In this document: one piece after another, positions 17,276-26,914 of the stretch
How positions within the stretch are numbered: position 1 is the stretch's first letter
Layout: every line of letters begins with the position of its first letter
Virus record (IMG/VR): IMGVR_UViG_3300020215_000044
Strand: one strand, 5' to 3'
Source of the DNA: a virus
DNA length: 39,156 bases
Position numbers and translations under genes: made by a program
The notes under the pieces: model-generated
What the model was told of the DNA's origin: nothing
The model's database searches: none
What the model saw: only the letters and a program-made list of their open reading frames with translations

Positions 17276-17284
17276 AAATCCCCT

Positions 17285-17341
17285 GAAACGCAAAAAGGCC
17301 CGGCGGGTGCTCCCTCGAAGCGAGGAAGTCCCACCGGGCCT
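17285..17341 (-). terminator. Rho-independent terminator on the minus strand
   Basis: 11-bp GC stem (17297-17307 / 17330-17340, one G-U in the minus-strand RNA) with an inner cctcg/cgagg stem, followed on the minus strand by TTTTTGCGTTTC. Confidence 0.55.
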
Positions 17342-17439
17342 CGGTTGATGCCGTTCGGCCCAGCGTCTGCTGGATCGCTACATTGTTAGAAGGCCGCGCA
17401 CGCCGCCGCGCGAGCGTACAGCCGTGTCAAGCCTACGCG

Positions 17440-17673
17440 CTACTTCCCACACTTGTCAAGGACATGTCGAAACCTGGATGTCGATAAGTCGATATCGTCC
17501 GCAACCTCGAGCGGCGATACCTTCGCTCGCCTAAACGTCAACTTCGGCTTCACGTCCTGCACGATGCCGTCCCGATCCAGATTGATCTCGAGCGACGACG
17601 GCCGCACGCCCTGCAAGCCAAGCTGCTGGACGATCTGATCCACGAGCGTTTGCACCTGCGGGGTGAGGGTCAC
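17440..17673 (-). CDS. Hypothetical protein (77 aa), lower-GC gene
   Basis: Clean ORF between portal and terminator. No motif recognised. Confidence 0.5.
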   Translation of the reverse strand: MTLTPQVQTLVDQIVQQLGLQGVRPSSLEINLDRDGIVQDVKPKLTFRRAKVSPLEVADDIDLSTSRFRHVLDKCGK

Positions 17674-17687
17674 GCTAGCACCCCCGC

Positions 17688-19913
17688 TTACCGCCCTTCT
17701 TGCGTCCCATGCTCGCCCTCCTCGCGACCGTCATCTGCCTGCGCCGCCTGAAACGCCCGATCCGTCGCAGCGTGCCGCGTCTCCGCCTCCAAGTCTGACA
17801 ACTTCAGCAACCGCTTCGTCTCTTCCTGGAGCAGCACCTTCGCCGACGCCGCATCCAGTTCCGCGGCGGCCTTAATCAGATCCGCGCGTACCTGCATGGC
17901 CGTGGTCTCGGCGCCGATGCGCGCGATCTCGAGCTTGACGGCGTCGCCCTCGCGCTGCTTCACCAAATCGCCCTCGATCTTGATCTGGTCGGTCTGGATG
18001 GCCTGTCGCAGGCCGCTGATGACCTGCCCCATTTCCTGCATCTTGGCCTCGGCCTGTTGCAGCATGTGCCGCATCTGGTCCGGGTCCATCTCGTCGCCCT
18101 GCTCGCCCTTGAGGTTAGGCGGGAGCGCGGCATCAAGCCGATCGGCCATCTCTTGGGAGCCTGGGATGTCCATATCTCGCACCGCCAGCGGCGCAATCGA
18201 GGCGGCCATCGTTTCCGGCAACACCTTCATCAGCTCGAGTTTGGTCTGCGCCGATTCCTGCCGGCGGGTCGTGTAGGCCGCGCCGAGATCGACCACGATG
18301 TCGTACCGCCCCGCGCCCCATGTGAACATGCCCTGAATGCCCCGGCGCGTCTTGGCGCTCTTGCGCTTCCACGGGCCGCCGACCGTCACCGGATCGATCG
18401 GCTTGTCGTCCTCGCCCAGCAGTCGCAGGATGCGACCAGTGCGGTAATAGACCTTCGGGATCGCCCCCACCAGTAGCATCCCCTCAAACAGCAGCGCGGC
18501 CCGGTAGTTGTCCTTGTAGTTGATGGACGATTCCGCCTGCGCTTCCTTGCGCGCTAGAATCGCCCGGCCGCTCTGGTCGGTGTTCTTCCGGCTCGGGTCG
18601 GTGGCGTCATACCAGCCGGTCGTGGTGCGCAGATCCTGCTTGTCGGAATCCCGGGCGACCACCAGCGCCTGGATCTTGGCAGGATCGGTAAACTGGGCGA
18701 CTTGGGGCTGCTTGTATTCGCGGCCCTCCGGTCCCCATTGCACCCACGGCAGGACCGGCTCTGCATTCGACGGCGAGCGCTTCCAGATGTCCTTGTACGG
18801 CTCGATCGCCTCGGCGGGCGCCATGACCTTGGACTTGGGCGCCAGCGCCAACTCGTAGGCCAGTTCCGAGGAGTGGTAGTTGTACATCCGCTGCGCGTCG
18901 AGCGCCGCGCGCACTATCCCGCGGATCGAGCGTTTCCCGTCGACGACGATCGACTCGCCATACATCGGCACGACCGGGATATACGGCCACACCTGATCCC
19001 GGCCGCCCGTCTTGTCCGCATTGCCCTCGAGGATTTCCGCCCCGGTGATTTTGGCGAGCTTGACCACGCGCTTTTGCGCCCGCCGCTGCTGCAATATGAC
19101 CGTGTTCGGCGGCACCTGGTCGAGCGGCAGCACGCGGCCATCCCCCAACTGGGCGTACACGGGCTGCGTCTCGTCATCCACGAGTTCGGTGTAGTAGTAG
19201 TCGCTCACCCGCACATAGCCCTCGGGGAACCAGTCCGGGGCCTGGACGCCGGTCGCTTGGAACGCATCCTGCGACGTGGCGATCGCGTGCGGGTATTTCT
19301 CGGTGAACTCGTCCTTCGGCATGTCCTCGATGACATGGCAGAAGCGCGCCTTCCACGGTTCGTGTAATGGGCAGGCGGGATCGCGGAATACCGTGAACTG
19401 GTTTTCGATCGCCTGGTACTTGATGCACTGGTCGAAGATCGCCTCGGGCGTCGGTGGCGGCTCGGCGTCGTATTCGTAGGCCGTCAGCAGCCGGTAGTAG
19501 CCCCAGCCCGGGCCACACATCCCCTTGGACGCCTCGAGCCGTGCCGAGGCCGCGTTACCGGTGACCTCAACGTGCCGAATCAGCGCCTGGAACACGTCCG
19601 CGGTGTCGACATCCGCGCCGTTGTCGATCGGGCTGACGTTGATGGACGGCTTGGCGGATCGAATCGACCCGACGAGCTGACGATAGGGCTCGCCAATCTG
19701 GTCGATCGTGAGGGTCGGTTTATCCTGGGCGATCCGGTCGTTGTAGTCGTCCGTTTCCCACTGCTGGAGGTTTAGGAAGCGGAGATCGCGCTGGCCGTTG
19801 GTGCGCAGGTCCGTTTCCGCCGTGTTGGCGGTCTGCCAGCGGGACAGGGCGAGGGTCAGAAATGGGTTGCCCTCAGCGGGCGTGTCGGGCTGCTTCTTCT
19901 TGCGTGTCGCCAT
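17688..19913 (-). CDS. Portal protein
   Basis: 741 aa, directly after the terminase. N-terminal ...DLRFLNLQQWETDDYNDRIAQDKPTLTIDQI... matches the usual portal motif (QW...R...(R/K)P.lt.n). Confidence 0.8.
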   Translation of the reverse strand: MATRKKKQPDTPAEGNPFLTLALSRWQTANTAETDLRTNGQRDLRFLNLQQWETDDYNDRIAQDKPTLTIDQIGEPYRQLVGSIRSAKPSINVSPIDNGADVDTADVFQALIRHVEVTGNAASARLEASKGMCGPGWGYYRLLTAYEYDAEPPPTPEAIFDQCIKYQAIENQFTVFRDPACPLHEPWKARFCHVIEDMPKDEFTEKYPHAIATSQDAFQATGVQAPDWFPEGYVRVSDYYYTELVDDETQPVYAQLGDGRVLPLDQVPPNTVILQQRRAQKRVVKLAKITGAEILEGNADKTGGRDQVWPYIPVVPMYGESIVVDGKRSIRGIVRAALDAQRMYNYHSSELAYELALAPKSKVMAPAEAIEPYKDIWKRSPSNAEPVLPWVQWGPEGREYKQPQVAQFTDPAKIQALVVARDSDKQDLRTTTGWYDATDPSRKNTDQSGRAILARKEAQAESSINYKDNYRAALLFEGMLLVGAIPKVYYRTGRILRLLGEDDKPIDPVTVGGPWKRKSAKTRRGIQGMFTWGAGRYDIVVDLGAAYTTRRQESAQTKLELMKVLPETMAASIAPLAVRDMDIPGSQEMADRLDAALPPNLKGEQGDEMDPDQMRHMLQQAEAKMQEMGQVISGLRQAIQTDQIKIEGDLVKQREGDAVKLEIARIGAETTAMQVRADLIKAAAELDAASAKVLLQEETKRLLKLSDLEAETRHAATDRAFQAAQADDGREEGEHGTQEGR

Positions 19914-20132
19914 TTAACGGCCTCGCAGGACCCAGCGCAGACGCTGCCAAAACGTCCGCGACCGCCAATCGGTGTCCACCTGCGTGAGACGCCGGATCTG
20001 CTCCTCGCAGCCAATGATGCGCGCCTCAATCTGCCGCAGGACCGGCCCAAGCGAGGAAAGCGCCTGACTCTGCGCGTCCACGACCTCACGGACCTTGCGG
20101 CCGCTAACTCTGAAGTTATTGACCGTGCCCAT
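19914..20132 (-). CDS. Hypothetical protein (72 aa) between terminase and portal
   Basis: ORF abuts both neighbours without a gap. Confidence 0.45.
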   Translation of the reverse strand: MGTVNNFRVSGRKVREVVDAQSQALSSLGPVLRQIEARIIGCEEQIRRLTQVDTDWRSRTFWQRLRWVLRGR

Positions 20133-21692
20133 CTAGCGCATCCATCCCGTCCCGCCCATCCGCGGCGCGCGATACTTGGGGGCCTCGCTGAATGCCGGTT
20201 TCGACACGACCGGCGCCGCAAACGTCAGCGCCAGCGCATCCCCGTCGTCGGGCGAATCCAAGCCGCGCTTTTTCATCGAGTCTTTGCTCTCCAGCAGCAG
20301 CCGATCGTGCTTGTCGTGGAAATACCCAGGCCCTGTCAGGTCCGTCTCGAGCGCGGGCGCGGCGTCAATCCCCCCGCCGGCCGCCAGCCAATCGCGCAGC
20401 TTGGCCCACATGTAAGCGCGCATATTGGCCATCCTCGGATCAGGCGCGTCCCCGCCAAACTGGACATCCACGACGTTGCGATGCCCGAGCTGCCGCAGCC
20501 GATCGGCAATCGGGCCGCCAATGCTGCCGCCCGTGGCATCCACAAACAGCGTGGCTACTTTGCGCCCTTGGTAGTCGGTGGCCAACACGTCGGCGGCGAG
20601 GGCGACCAACTTCATGGAGTCGCGCGCCTGCTCGCCAGGGATCCGAATCGGTGGAATGGAACGCGCATCCTTCCCGCGCCGGAAGCGGATCACGCATTCG
20701 TCGGCGCCGCCGCGCGCCACGTCCAGGCCCGCCACTAACGGCTCATCCGGCAACACCTGCACCTGCGCCCGCTGCGCCGCATTCACCAGCGCATTGCCGA
20801 TAAATTGCGCGTCGGAGGCGTTCGGCGGCAGACCCAGCACGCGGACCCGGACGAAATCGCTGTCGAGCCCGTAATCCGTGATCCACTCATCGATCTGCTG
20901 TTTATTGGTGAAGCGCGACGTGCGGGAATCGATGATCCGCGGCGTCCAGCGGTGCCGCATGGAGCCAAAACAGGCCCGATGAAACGGGCCGGTGTTCTGC
21001 GTCGGGTTGCCGAACAGAAAGATCATCGGCTCGCCGTCGGTCAACCCGCCTTCGGCGACTTCGTAAATCTTGTCCGCGATGGCCGAGGCTTCATCCAGGA
21101 TGTAGAAGCTGGTCGAGTCCTTCGCGTGCTGGCCGGCAAAGGCTTCGCTGTTCTCTTCCTTACTGGACTGCTTCGCGCAAAACCAGCTTTCCTTAAAACC
21201 CTTGCGATAGATGCGCTCGCTGTTGATCTCAAACCAGTGCGCCGTGCGGCATAGCTTCGTCCAGCGCTGTATCGCCGCCCACGTCTTGGTATCGAGCTGC
21301 GTAATGGTGTTCGCGGTAATCGTGCCCTGGCAGTGGGGCCGGGTCGACATGATCCAGTCCACCAACCACGCGCACATCACGGACTTGCCGATCCCGTGCC
21401 CAGAACTCACCGCGAGCCGAATCGCGGGCACGGGCTCGGTTCCAGTGAACCGCCGCGCCTGCACCTGCGCCCCGATATCCTCGAGCATGGCGCGCTGCCA
21501 GGTATCCGGCCCCGGCTCCTGCTCGAGCGGCCCCGGCTCACCCCACGGGTACATCGCCAGCACAAAGCCGAGCGGGTCCGCGTAGTAGCGCGCGACCTCC
21601 TCGTGCAGCAGCGTCTCGTACGAAGGCTGAATGGCGAGGGCGCTACCCACGGGCCTCTGCGGCACGCTTGCGACCCTGCAGGAGCGCGGCAA
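20133..21692 (-). CDS. terL: Terminase large subunit
   Basis: Walker A SSGHGIGKS, Walker B FYILDEAS, nuclease-domain GLDVARGGAD. The start may be internal, because the first 50 nt overlap the upstream gene. Confidence 0.9.
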   Translation of the reverse strand: MPRSCRVASVPQRPVGSALAIQPSYETLLHEEVARYYADPLGFVLAMYPWGEPGPLEQEPGPDTWQRAMLEDIGAQVQARRFTGTEPVPAIRLAVSSGHGIGKSVMCAWLVDWIMSTRPHCQGTITANTITQLDTKTWAAIQRWTKLCRTAHWFEINSERIYRKGFKESWFCAKQSSKEENSEAFAGQHAKDSTSFYILDEASAIADKIYEVAEGGLTDGEPMIFLFGNPTQNTGPFHRACFGSMRHRWTPRIIDSRTSRFTNKQQIDEWITDYGLDSDFVRVRVLGLPPNASDAQFIGNALVNAAQRAQVQVLPDEPLVAGLDVARGGADECVIRFRRGKDARSIPPIRIPGEQARDSMKLVALAADVLATDYQGRKVATLFVDATGGSIGGPIADRLRQLGHRNVVDVQFGGDAPDPRMANMRAYMWAKLRDWLAAGGGIDAAPALETDLTGPGYFHDKHDRLLLESKDSMKKRGLDSPDDGDALALTFAAPVVSKPAFSEAPKYRAPRMGGTGWMR

Positions 21693-22056
21693 TCAACGCC
21701 TCGTCGCCGCTCACTTCCATCTGGACCGATTCCTTGGCCTTCCCCTCCGTCCAGTCAATGACGGCCTTCGAGGCTTGGAGCTGCACCGTCGGGAACTCGT
21801 CGCGGTCCATCAGTGCCTCGAGCGTGTCGAGCGCCTTGGGCTGCATAGCTTTGAGGCGGGCCATCGCGGCGAGCTTCACCTGCGGGGCCGCCCCTCCATG
21901 CAGGCGGCAGACCACACCGCCACGAATCGCCGGCTTCCCACATCGGCGCCCCTGTCTGTTCGTGGCCTTGCACTGGACGGCTTTCATGGGGTTGGGGAGT
22001 TCGATGGGGTGAGCCTCCGGCCTAGCCTTAATCGGGCCGCGTGGGGCGTGCTTCAC
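21643..22056 (-). CDS. Putative terminase small subunit / DNA-binding protein (position-based)
   Basis: Immediately upstream of terL. CKATNRQGRRCGKPAIRGGVVCRLHGG is a zinc-ribbon-like element. Function is inferred only from position. Confidence 0.4.
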   Translation of the reverse strand: MKHAPRGPIKARPEAHPIELPNPMKAVQCKATNRQGRRCGKPAIRGGVVCRLHGGAAPQVKLAAMARLKAMQPKALDTLEALMDRDEFPTVQLQASKAVIDWTEGKAKESVQMEVSGDEALIAALLQGRKRAAEARG

Positions 22057-22259
22057 GACTGCACCTCGAGGCGCTGGCCGCGATCCCGCATGGTCCCGCC
22101 GATTTGGCCCGCCACGCGCTGCTCGCCGGCACCGGGGAGTTTTTGCGACCAGGGATCTAGCGCGAACGGCCGCTGCTGCTTGATGACCGCTAGGGCGCGC
22201 TGGTAGTCGGCCTCGATCTTGGCCGCCGTGTCGACCGGATCGTGCGGACAGTAGGCCAT
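22053..22259 (-). CDS. Hypothetical protein (68 aa)
   Basis: ATGA-coupled ORF. Confidence 0.45.
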   Translation of the reverse strand: MAYCPHDPVDTAAKIEADYQRALAVIKQQRPFALDPWSQKLPGAGEQRVAGQIGGTMRDRGQRLEVQS

Positions 22260-22460
22260 TTACAGGCTATCGGCCGGCATGGTGCCGACCTCGTGAGTGT
22301 TGGGGCGGTCGCTGTCGCCCTGCCGACGCGACCACATCGCCCGCGTCGCGTCCTCATAGGAGCGACAATAAGTGTCGAAAAGGTCGAACAGGCGCATCAG
22401 GAACGCCCCCACTAAGACCCCGACGCCAAATGCTCCGGCAACCGCGATCGCGACGGTCAC
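22260..22460 (-). CDS. Small membrane protein (66 aa)
   Basis: N-terminal TM segment VAIAVAGAFGVGVLVGAFLM. Confidence 0.45.
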   Translation of the reverse strand: MTVAIAVAGAFGVGVLVGAFLMRLFDLFDTYCRSYEDATRAMWSRRQGDSDRPNTHEVGTMPADSL

Positions 22461-22888
22461 CGGCCGAGGCTCCGCATCTCGGCTTCCTGCTGCCGGATGA
22501 TGACCTTCAGCGCCTGCGTCAGCTTCTCGACCAGATAGGCCGCATCCTTCGCTTCCCGCTTGCGCTGGTATTCGAGGCTCGTTTCCGCCTTGATCCGGGC
22601 TCGATTAGCCTTCTGCTCGGTTTCGTAGCAGTTCGCCAGCACGCGCGTGTAGGCCAGTTCCGCGGCCGTCAGTTCCTCGCCCACATTGCCCATCAGGGCC
22701 GTGAGCTTGGCGAGCAAGTCGCAGGCACGGGCCGGGGATAGTTCCTCGTCGCGGATCACCGTCGCCATCGCCTTGATGCGATCACGGACGGAGGGCGTAC
22801 GAGGGCTATCGCTGGCCGGAGCGGTCGCTAAGTTAAGGGGAGCCGTAAGTGTAAGGATGCGCCTCAGCAGGCGAAGTGCATCCCCCAC
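22457..22888 (-). CDS. Hypothetical helical protein (up to 143 aa; start uncertain)
   Basis: Coiled-coil-like C-terminal half. An alternative start at MATVIRD (22768) is possible. Confidence 0.5.
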   Translation of the reverse strand: MGDALRLLRRILTLTAPLNLATAPASDSPRTPSVRDRIKAMATVIRDEELSPARACDLLAKLTALMGNVGEELTAAELAYTRVLANCYETEQKANRARIKAETSLEYQRKREAKDAAYLVEKLTQALKVIIRQQEAEMRSLGR

Positions 22889-22972
22889 ATGTGGGTATTT
22901 CTCTCTGCGCGCGTGGACGGACGTCGCTAGTTCGTGGCGGGGCGAGCTACCGCATCGACGCCCTGGCGCACC

Positions 22973-23311
22973 TCACACATGCACCGTTTCCATCGCTGGC
23001 GGGTACTTGTCTGGGTGTTCGTCGTCGTAATCATCTGGGCATGGCGCAAGCACGGCATCCGGGAGCGCTAGCAGGTCAATCAACGACTGCCGCACCGCAT
23101 CATTCTCCGCATCGGAGGCGTCGTCGCGCTTGTATTTCTCGAAGTTGTCCAGGCACCACTGCACATGCTCGCGCTCGAAGTTCTCGTCGTCCCAGACGAT
23201 GTGCGCGGCGCCGTAGTGCATCGCGCTCTCACCGGCAACAGCCGCGTGCTTTTGGTAGATCTCCGCCACCGGCTTCGACCACCCCCAGTGGCAATACCAG
23301 CAGATCCCCAC
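22973..23311 (-). CDS. Hypothetical acidic protein (112 aa)
   Basis: MGICWYCHWGWSKP... N-terminus and D/E-rich C-terminus. Normal codon bias. Confidence 0.55.
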   Translation of the reverse strand: MGICWYCHWGWSKPVAEIYQKHAAVAGESAMHYGAAHIVWDDENFEREHVQWCLDNFEKYKRDDASDAENDAVRQSLIDLLALPDAVLAPCPDDYDDEHPDKYPPAMETVHV

Positions 23312-23521
23312 CTACGCAATCCTCCGGTCCAGCACTTCTTTCGTTACGTAGCGGGCCTCACAGGCCGCGCATTCGCGGAAGCGATCCACGCCATCTTTAT
23401 CGTACACACGGCTTAATTCGCCGCCACAGGCCGGACAGGGCACCGCCTTGCTGCCCTTACGGCACTTCTGCCAGCCTCGAGGCACCCGGCTGGCCGGCGC
23501 GGTACGAGGATCGGCGGGCAT
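23312..23521 (-). CDS. Small zinc-ribbon protein (69 aa)
   Basis: CPACGG...CAAC. Its ATG overlaps the upstream stop (ATGA). Trimmed from ORF 23312..23800. Confidence 0.5.
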   Translation of the reverse strand: MPADPRTAPASRVPRGWQKCRKGSKAVPCPACGGELSRVYDKDGVDRFRECAACEARYVTKEVLDRRIA

Positions 23522-23820
23522 CACGTCAGGGTGTCCATTCGCGCAGCCTCGTCCTGGTCGTTCCTCCCCTCCGCTCCCTCGCGCTCGGCCACAGTCTCTT
23601 GTTTTCCGGCGCTGAGACCGTGTGGCTGCGGGTCGGACAACGAGCCGCGCCCGGCCGCTGGCGACTGAACTTCGGTCCCGCTGATGGCTCCGATGAACCA
23701 CTTGCCGACCTGCACGCCAACGATGTGGCCCCACGCGAACCGCCGATCTCGACGCGGAAAGTGCGCGGTGACCTCGAAGCCGCGTAGCCGCCAGAACCAA
23801 TACCAGTGAGCCTTCGCCAT
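23521..23820 (-). CDS. Hypothetical protein (99 aa)
   Basis: MAKAHWYWFWRLRGFEV... Supported mainly by ATGA coupling with the next gene. Confidence 0.4.
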   Translation of the reverse strand: MAKAHWYWFWRLRGFEVTAHFPRRDRRFAWGHIVGVQVGKWFIGAISGTEVQSPAAGRGSLSDPQPHGLSAGKQETVAEREGAEGRNDQDEAARMDTLT

Positions 23821-23845
23821 CTACTGCTCCCCCGTCACCGGCTGA

Positions 23846-24037
23846 TCACTCAGCATCAATGCCCTCGATGTCCGGATTCAGGTAGCCGTCAGTGTGCGTG
23901 GCGGCATAGCGCCGGTCCATCTCTGCCTTGCCTAGCATGGCCTCGGAGCACTTCGCGCACCGGCCCGTCTCAGCCCACACGCAGACCTTGAACTGGCAGT
24001 CTGGCGTCGGACAGTTCGGCCAATCCTCAAATTTCAT
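23846..24037 (-). CDS. Small Cys-rich protein (63 aa)
   Basis: CPTPDCQFKVC...CAKC pattern. Confidence 0.5.
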   Translation of the reverse strand: MKFEDWPNCPTPDCQFKVCVWAETGRCAKCSEAMLGKAEMDRRYAATHTDGYLNPDIEGIDAE

Positions 24038-25022
24038 GTCGTCGCTCCCCCGTCACCGGGGCGTCCAGGCCGACATCGCGCCGGAGTTGGTTGTGGTATT
24101 CGCGCTCCGCTGTCAGTTCCTTCGTCAGCCGTGCGACCTCGCGCTCCGCAATCTGTCGCAGACCATTCGCCTCGTCTCGGTCGTCCGCAGCTATTGCCCA
24201 CGCCTCTGTCGTCTTATCAAGGTCGGCCTTCAGTTCCGCCACCTCGCGCTGAAGGGCGTCCACCTTCGGATCGCGCTTCCAGATGTGGTGCGCGGCCTGC
24301 GCCAATGGTGAGCCGAACCCGTTGACCGGGGCTTCCTTCTCGAAGAACGCTCGCGGCTCGACGTCGTAGGCGTTCTCGACGTATTGCCAGAAGGCGGAGA
24401 TGTCGCGCTCCAGCGCCGCCAGCTTGGCTTCGGCGGCTTCGGCACGTTTCTCCCAATGGTCCATGTAGCTGGCTACGTTGGGGTTGCGGACGGCGATTTC
24501 AATCACACCCCATGAGCGCCATTGTTCGTTCTCGGCTTCCAGCGCCTCGACGCGGGCGAGGAGATCCGCGATGCCGCACTGACCGAAACACGGCTCAAGA
24601 TGTTTTCCGGCGCGGGGATCAACCGGCTGCGCCCCGGCGACCACATCGCGCCCGGCCACTGGGGACTGAGCCTGCGGGCACGTCGGTGCATGATTGGGAT
24701 AGTCGCCATCGCAGCACCACCACGAGCCCTGCCACTGCGGCTTTGTCCGAACTGCCTCGTTGGTCGGCGCGGTAGCCTGTTGATCGGGTTGCGTCCGGCT
24801 GTCCATGTGCGTCTCCAATTCTTCTTTCTGCTCTTGCTCGACGCGGGCGAGGAGAGGGGCGAGATCGTCGGCGCAGGAGCGTTTGCCGGCGTTGTATCCG
24901 TCGTAGTAGTGCTGACGATGTAGCGGCGTCTCTTCGCTGTAGTCATAAGCCTTCCGCCACTGCTCCATCAGCGCCTGGAGACGCACAGAGAGGGAGGAGG
25001 AACCAGAATCGCGCGTGGTCAT
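24027..25022 (-). CDS. Hypothetical coiled-coil protein (331 aa)
   Basis: Long E/A/R/L heptad-like stretches. Central WWCCDGDYPNHAPTCP. Confidence 0.6.
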   Translation of the reverse strand: MTTRDSGSSSLSVRLQALMEQWRKAYDYSEETPLHRQHYYDGYNAGKRSCADDLAPLLARVEQEQKEELETHMDSRTQPDQQATAPTNEAVRTKPQWQGSWWCCDGDYPNHAPTCPQAQSPVAGRDVVAGAQPVDPRAGKHLEPCFGQCGIADLLARVEALEAENEQWRSWGVIEIAVRNPNVASYMDHWEKRAEAAEAKLAALERDISAFWQYVENAYDVEPRAFFEKEAPVNGFGSPLAQAAHHIWKRDPKVDALQREVAELKADLDKTTEAWAIAADDRDEANGLRQIAEREVARLTKELTAEREYHNQLRRDVGLDAPVTGERRHEI

Positions 25023-25285
25023 CGGTGGCTACCTCCAACGCCGGATTCGACCGCAGGGACGGACAACGCTGATCCGCTACCTACATCAACGCGCTCCAGT
25101 AGCGCCTTGGCACGGCTGAGCGCCGTGAAGTGGTCGTTTTTGTAATGCACGTCGATAACGGCCACTAGTGACCGCAGGACGTAAATCAGCTCACCTACTG
25201 ACTCGTTGAGCGTGCCGCTAGACATCGCGTCGTCAATAAAGGCACGCACGTTTGGAGTGTCAAACCGCCGTTCACTGCTCATCAC
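25019..25285 (-). CDS. Hypothetical protein (88 aa)
   Basis: Clean ORF with locally lower GC. Confidence 0.55.
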   Translation of the reverse strand: MMSSERRFDTPNVRAFIDDAMSSGTLNESVGELIYVLRSLVAVIDVHYKNDHFTALSRAKALLERVDVGSGSALSVPAVESGVGGSHR

Positions 25286-25592
25286 GCACCTTTCCGTGAA
25301 GTCCGATGAAGTCGCCGTAGGACATGACCACCAGCCCCTCCGAATCGCGCTGGAGGGGCTTCTTGAGGATCAAGATGCCGGTCTTGCCCTTGGGCTGGGC
25401 ATCCCCGCGAATGCCGCTCAACCAGCCCCACAGCCACGCCGGGAGCGCCTTCCGCAGCTTCACCTGGACTGAGAACAGCGAAGTCTCGACGTCCGCCCCA
25501 TCGCGGTCTAAGCCGTTCACCGGGATCCGGCGCCCACCGAGATCGGCGGCTACCCGGCGCTCGGCGGCCTTCCATGTGCCACGGGCGGTCAT
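25272..25592 (-). CDS. PD-(D/E)xK nuclease-like protein, possible Holliday-junction resolvase (Hjc-like)
   Basis: AERRVAADLGG...GADVETSLFSVQVKLRK fits an E...D...(E/Q)xK arrangement in a 106-aa protein. Confidence 0.45.
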   Translation of the reverse strand: MTARGTWKAAERRVAADLGGRRIPVNGLDRDGADVETSLFSVQVKLRKALPAWLWGWLSGIRGDAQPKGKTGILILKKPLQRDSEGLVVMSYGDFIGLHGKVRDEQ

Positions 25593-25814
25593 TCAGGCGG
25601 CCTCGTGCTTCCGCCGGGCGCGAATGATCCGCAGCTGCTCTTGGTAGATGGCTTCGATCTGCTCCGGCGTTAAATCGGTCTGTCGCGTCTTGTAGCGACC
25701 GCGCTTCTTGGGCCTGGCGGCCTTCTCGCGCAACTTCCCCACGCACCGCGAGCACACATCCGATCCGGGGCGCATCGCCCCCGCGCACGCGGGGCAGCGG
25801 TCAAAGTGCTTCAT
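25593..25814 (-). CDS. Small zinc-ribbon protein (73 aa)
   Basis: CPAC...CSRC followed by a basic tail. Confidence 0.5.
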   Translation of the reverse strand: MKHFDRCPACAGAMRPGSDVCSRCVGKLREKAARPKKRGRYKTRQTDLTPEQIEAIYQEQLRIIRARRKHEAA

Positions 25815-25916
25815 GGGTTGGTACCGAAGTCGATGCGGGCGTTTTTCCCACCGTCCTGGATGGACGGTCGGTCCTCGCGCCGCGCGGGATCCAGTTCGCC
25901 CGCATCGACCGTCTCG

Positions 25917-26423
25917 TTACGCCTCATCGTCATGCTCCAGATTCCGCTGCCGTGTCTTAGCGATGTAGTCCTTCGGCAGAATGGGCCGTCCGTGCGTCCA
26001 GGCGGCCCGTACGGCATCGATCACGCGCGAGGCGAAGTCGCGCACTGCCACCCAACCGCGTCGGTTCTCAAGGCTGGTTGGCGCCGGTAGCCACGGATGC
26101 AGCCGACGGTGGCACGCATGGCAGATCCGGACGAAATTCCGCGGGTCGTTACTGCCGCCATGCTGGACCTGGATGATGTGGTGCCAATACAGGTGGCGCT
26201 CGGCGCTCCGGCACACAAAACACGCATCCGCCGTCAGTCGCACCGTCGTCAGCGACATGCCGGTGCGGATGCCGGCGCGATCCCAATCGGCTGGACGTGA
26301 CACAGCGATCGCCGCGCACTGCTCGAGGAGCAGCAACCGATCGGCATCAACCCGCGCCAGCGTCCAGAAGTAGTCCAACCAGTCGGTTTCGGCCATCCGC
26401 GACGTGTAGGTGGCCACCCTCAT
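25917..26423 (-). CDS. HNH endonuclease
   Basis: CFVCRSAERHLYWHHIIQVQHGGSNDPRNFVRICHACHRRLH: Cys pair, HH, N, and CxxCH of the HNH fold. Confidence 0.7.
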   Translation of the reverse strand: MRVATYTSRMAETDWLDYFWTLARVDADRLLLLEQCAAIAVSRPADWDRAGIRTGMSLTTVRLTADACFVCRSAERHLYWHHIIQVQHGGSNDPRNFVRICHACHRRLHPWLPAPTSLENRRGWVAVRDFASRVIDAVRAAWTHGRPILPKDYIAKTRQRNLEHDDEA

Positions 26424-26914
26424 CGCAGCACCTTCTGCCCGGCAATGGCCTGGAGCCGCAGCCGCACGGACTCTGGAATCTGTTGCACGTCCGGATACGC
26501 CTGCTCGTTCTCGCCCACGCCGGCCTCGCCTGGCAGCATGGCGATGGGTTCCAGTAGCCCGCGCTCAGCCAAGACCGCCTGATGTCGGCCGACGCACGGG
26601 CACCGCTCCATCCGCGTGACGCCATCGATCTCGGCGGCTCGCCAGCGCGGAGTGTCCTCGCACTCACAGCACGGGGTCCACGGCTGCAGCGCCAACTGCT
26701 GCCGACGCACACGCTCTGACGCCGCTTGGATCTCTGGCGCCGATGGGAAGAACCGCAGCCCGGATGCCGTCAACTGGTCGAGCGCGGCGGCCGCCAACGG
26801 CATGGGGACGTTCTTCAGAACGGCATGGTACGCCTTGAATGTGGGAACACCGAGCGGCGCGCGCATCGCCAGCGCCAACGGAGTGAGCAGGTCCACGGTT
26901 TCATCGAGTGTCAT
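26420..26914 (-). CDS. Hypothetical protein (164 aa), replication-module position
   Basis: Starts MTLDETVDLL (ATGA coupling). Cys cluster CCECE...CPC. Trimmed from ORF 26420..27112. Confidence 0.5.
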   Translation of the reverse strand: MTLDETVDLLTPLALAMRAPLGVPTFKAYHAVLKNVPMPLAAAALDQLTASGLRFFPSAPEIQAASERVRRQQLALQPWTPCCECEDTPRWRAAEIDGVTRMERCPCVGRHQAVLAERGLLEPIAMLPGEAGVGENEQAYPDVQQIPESVRLRLQAIAGQKVLR

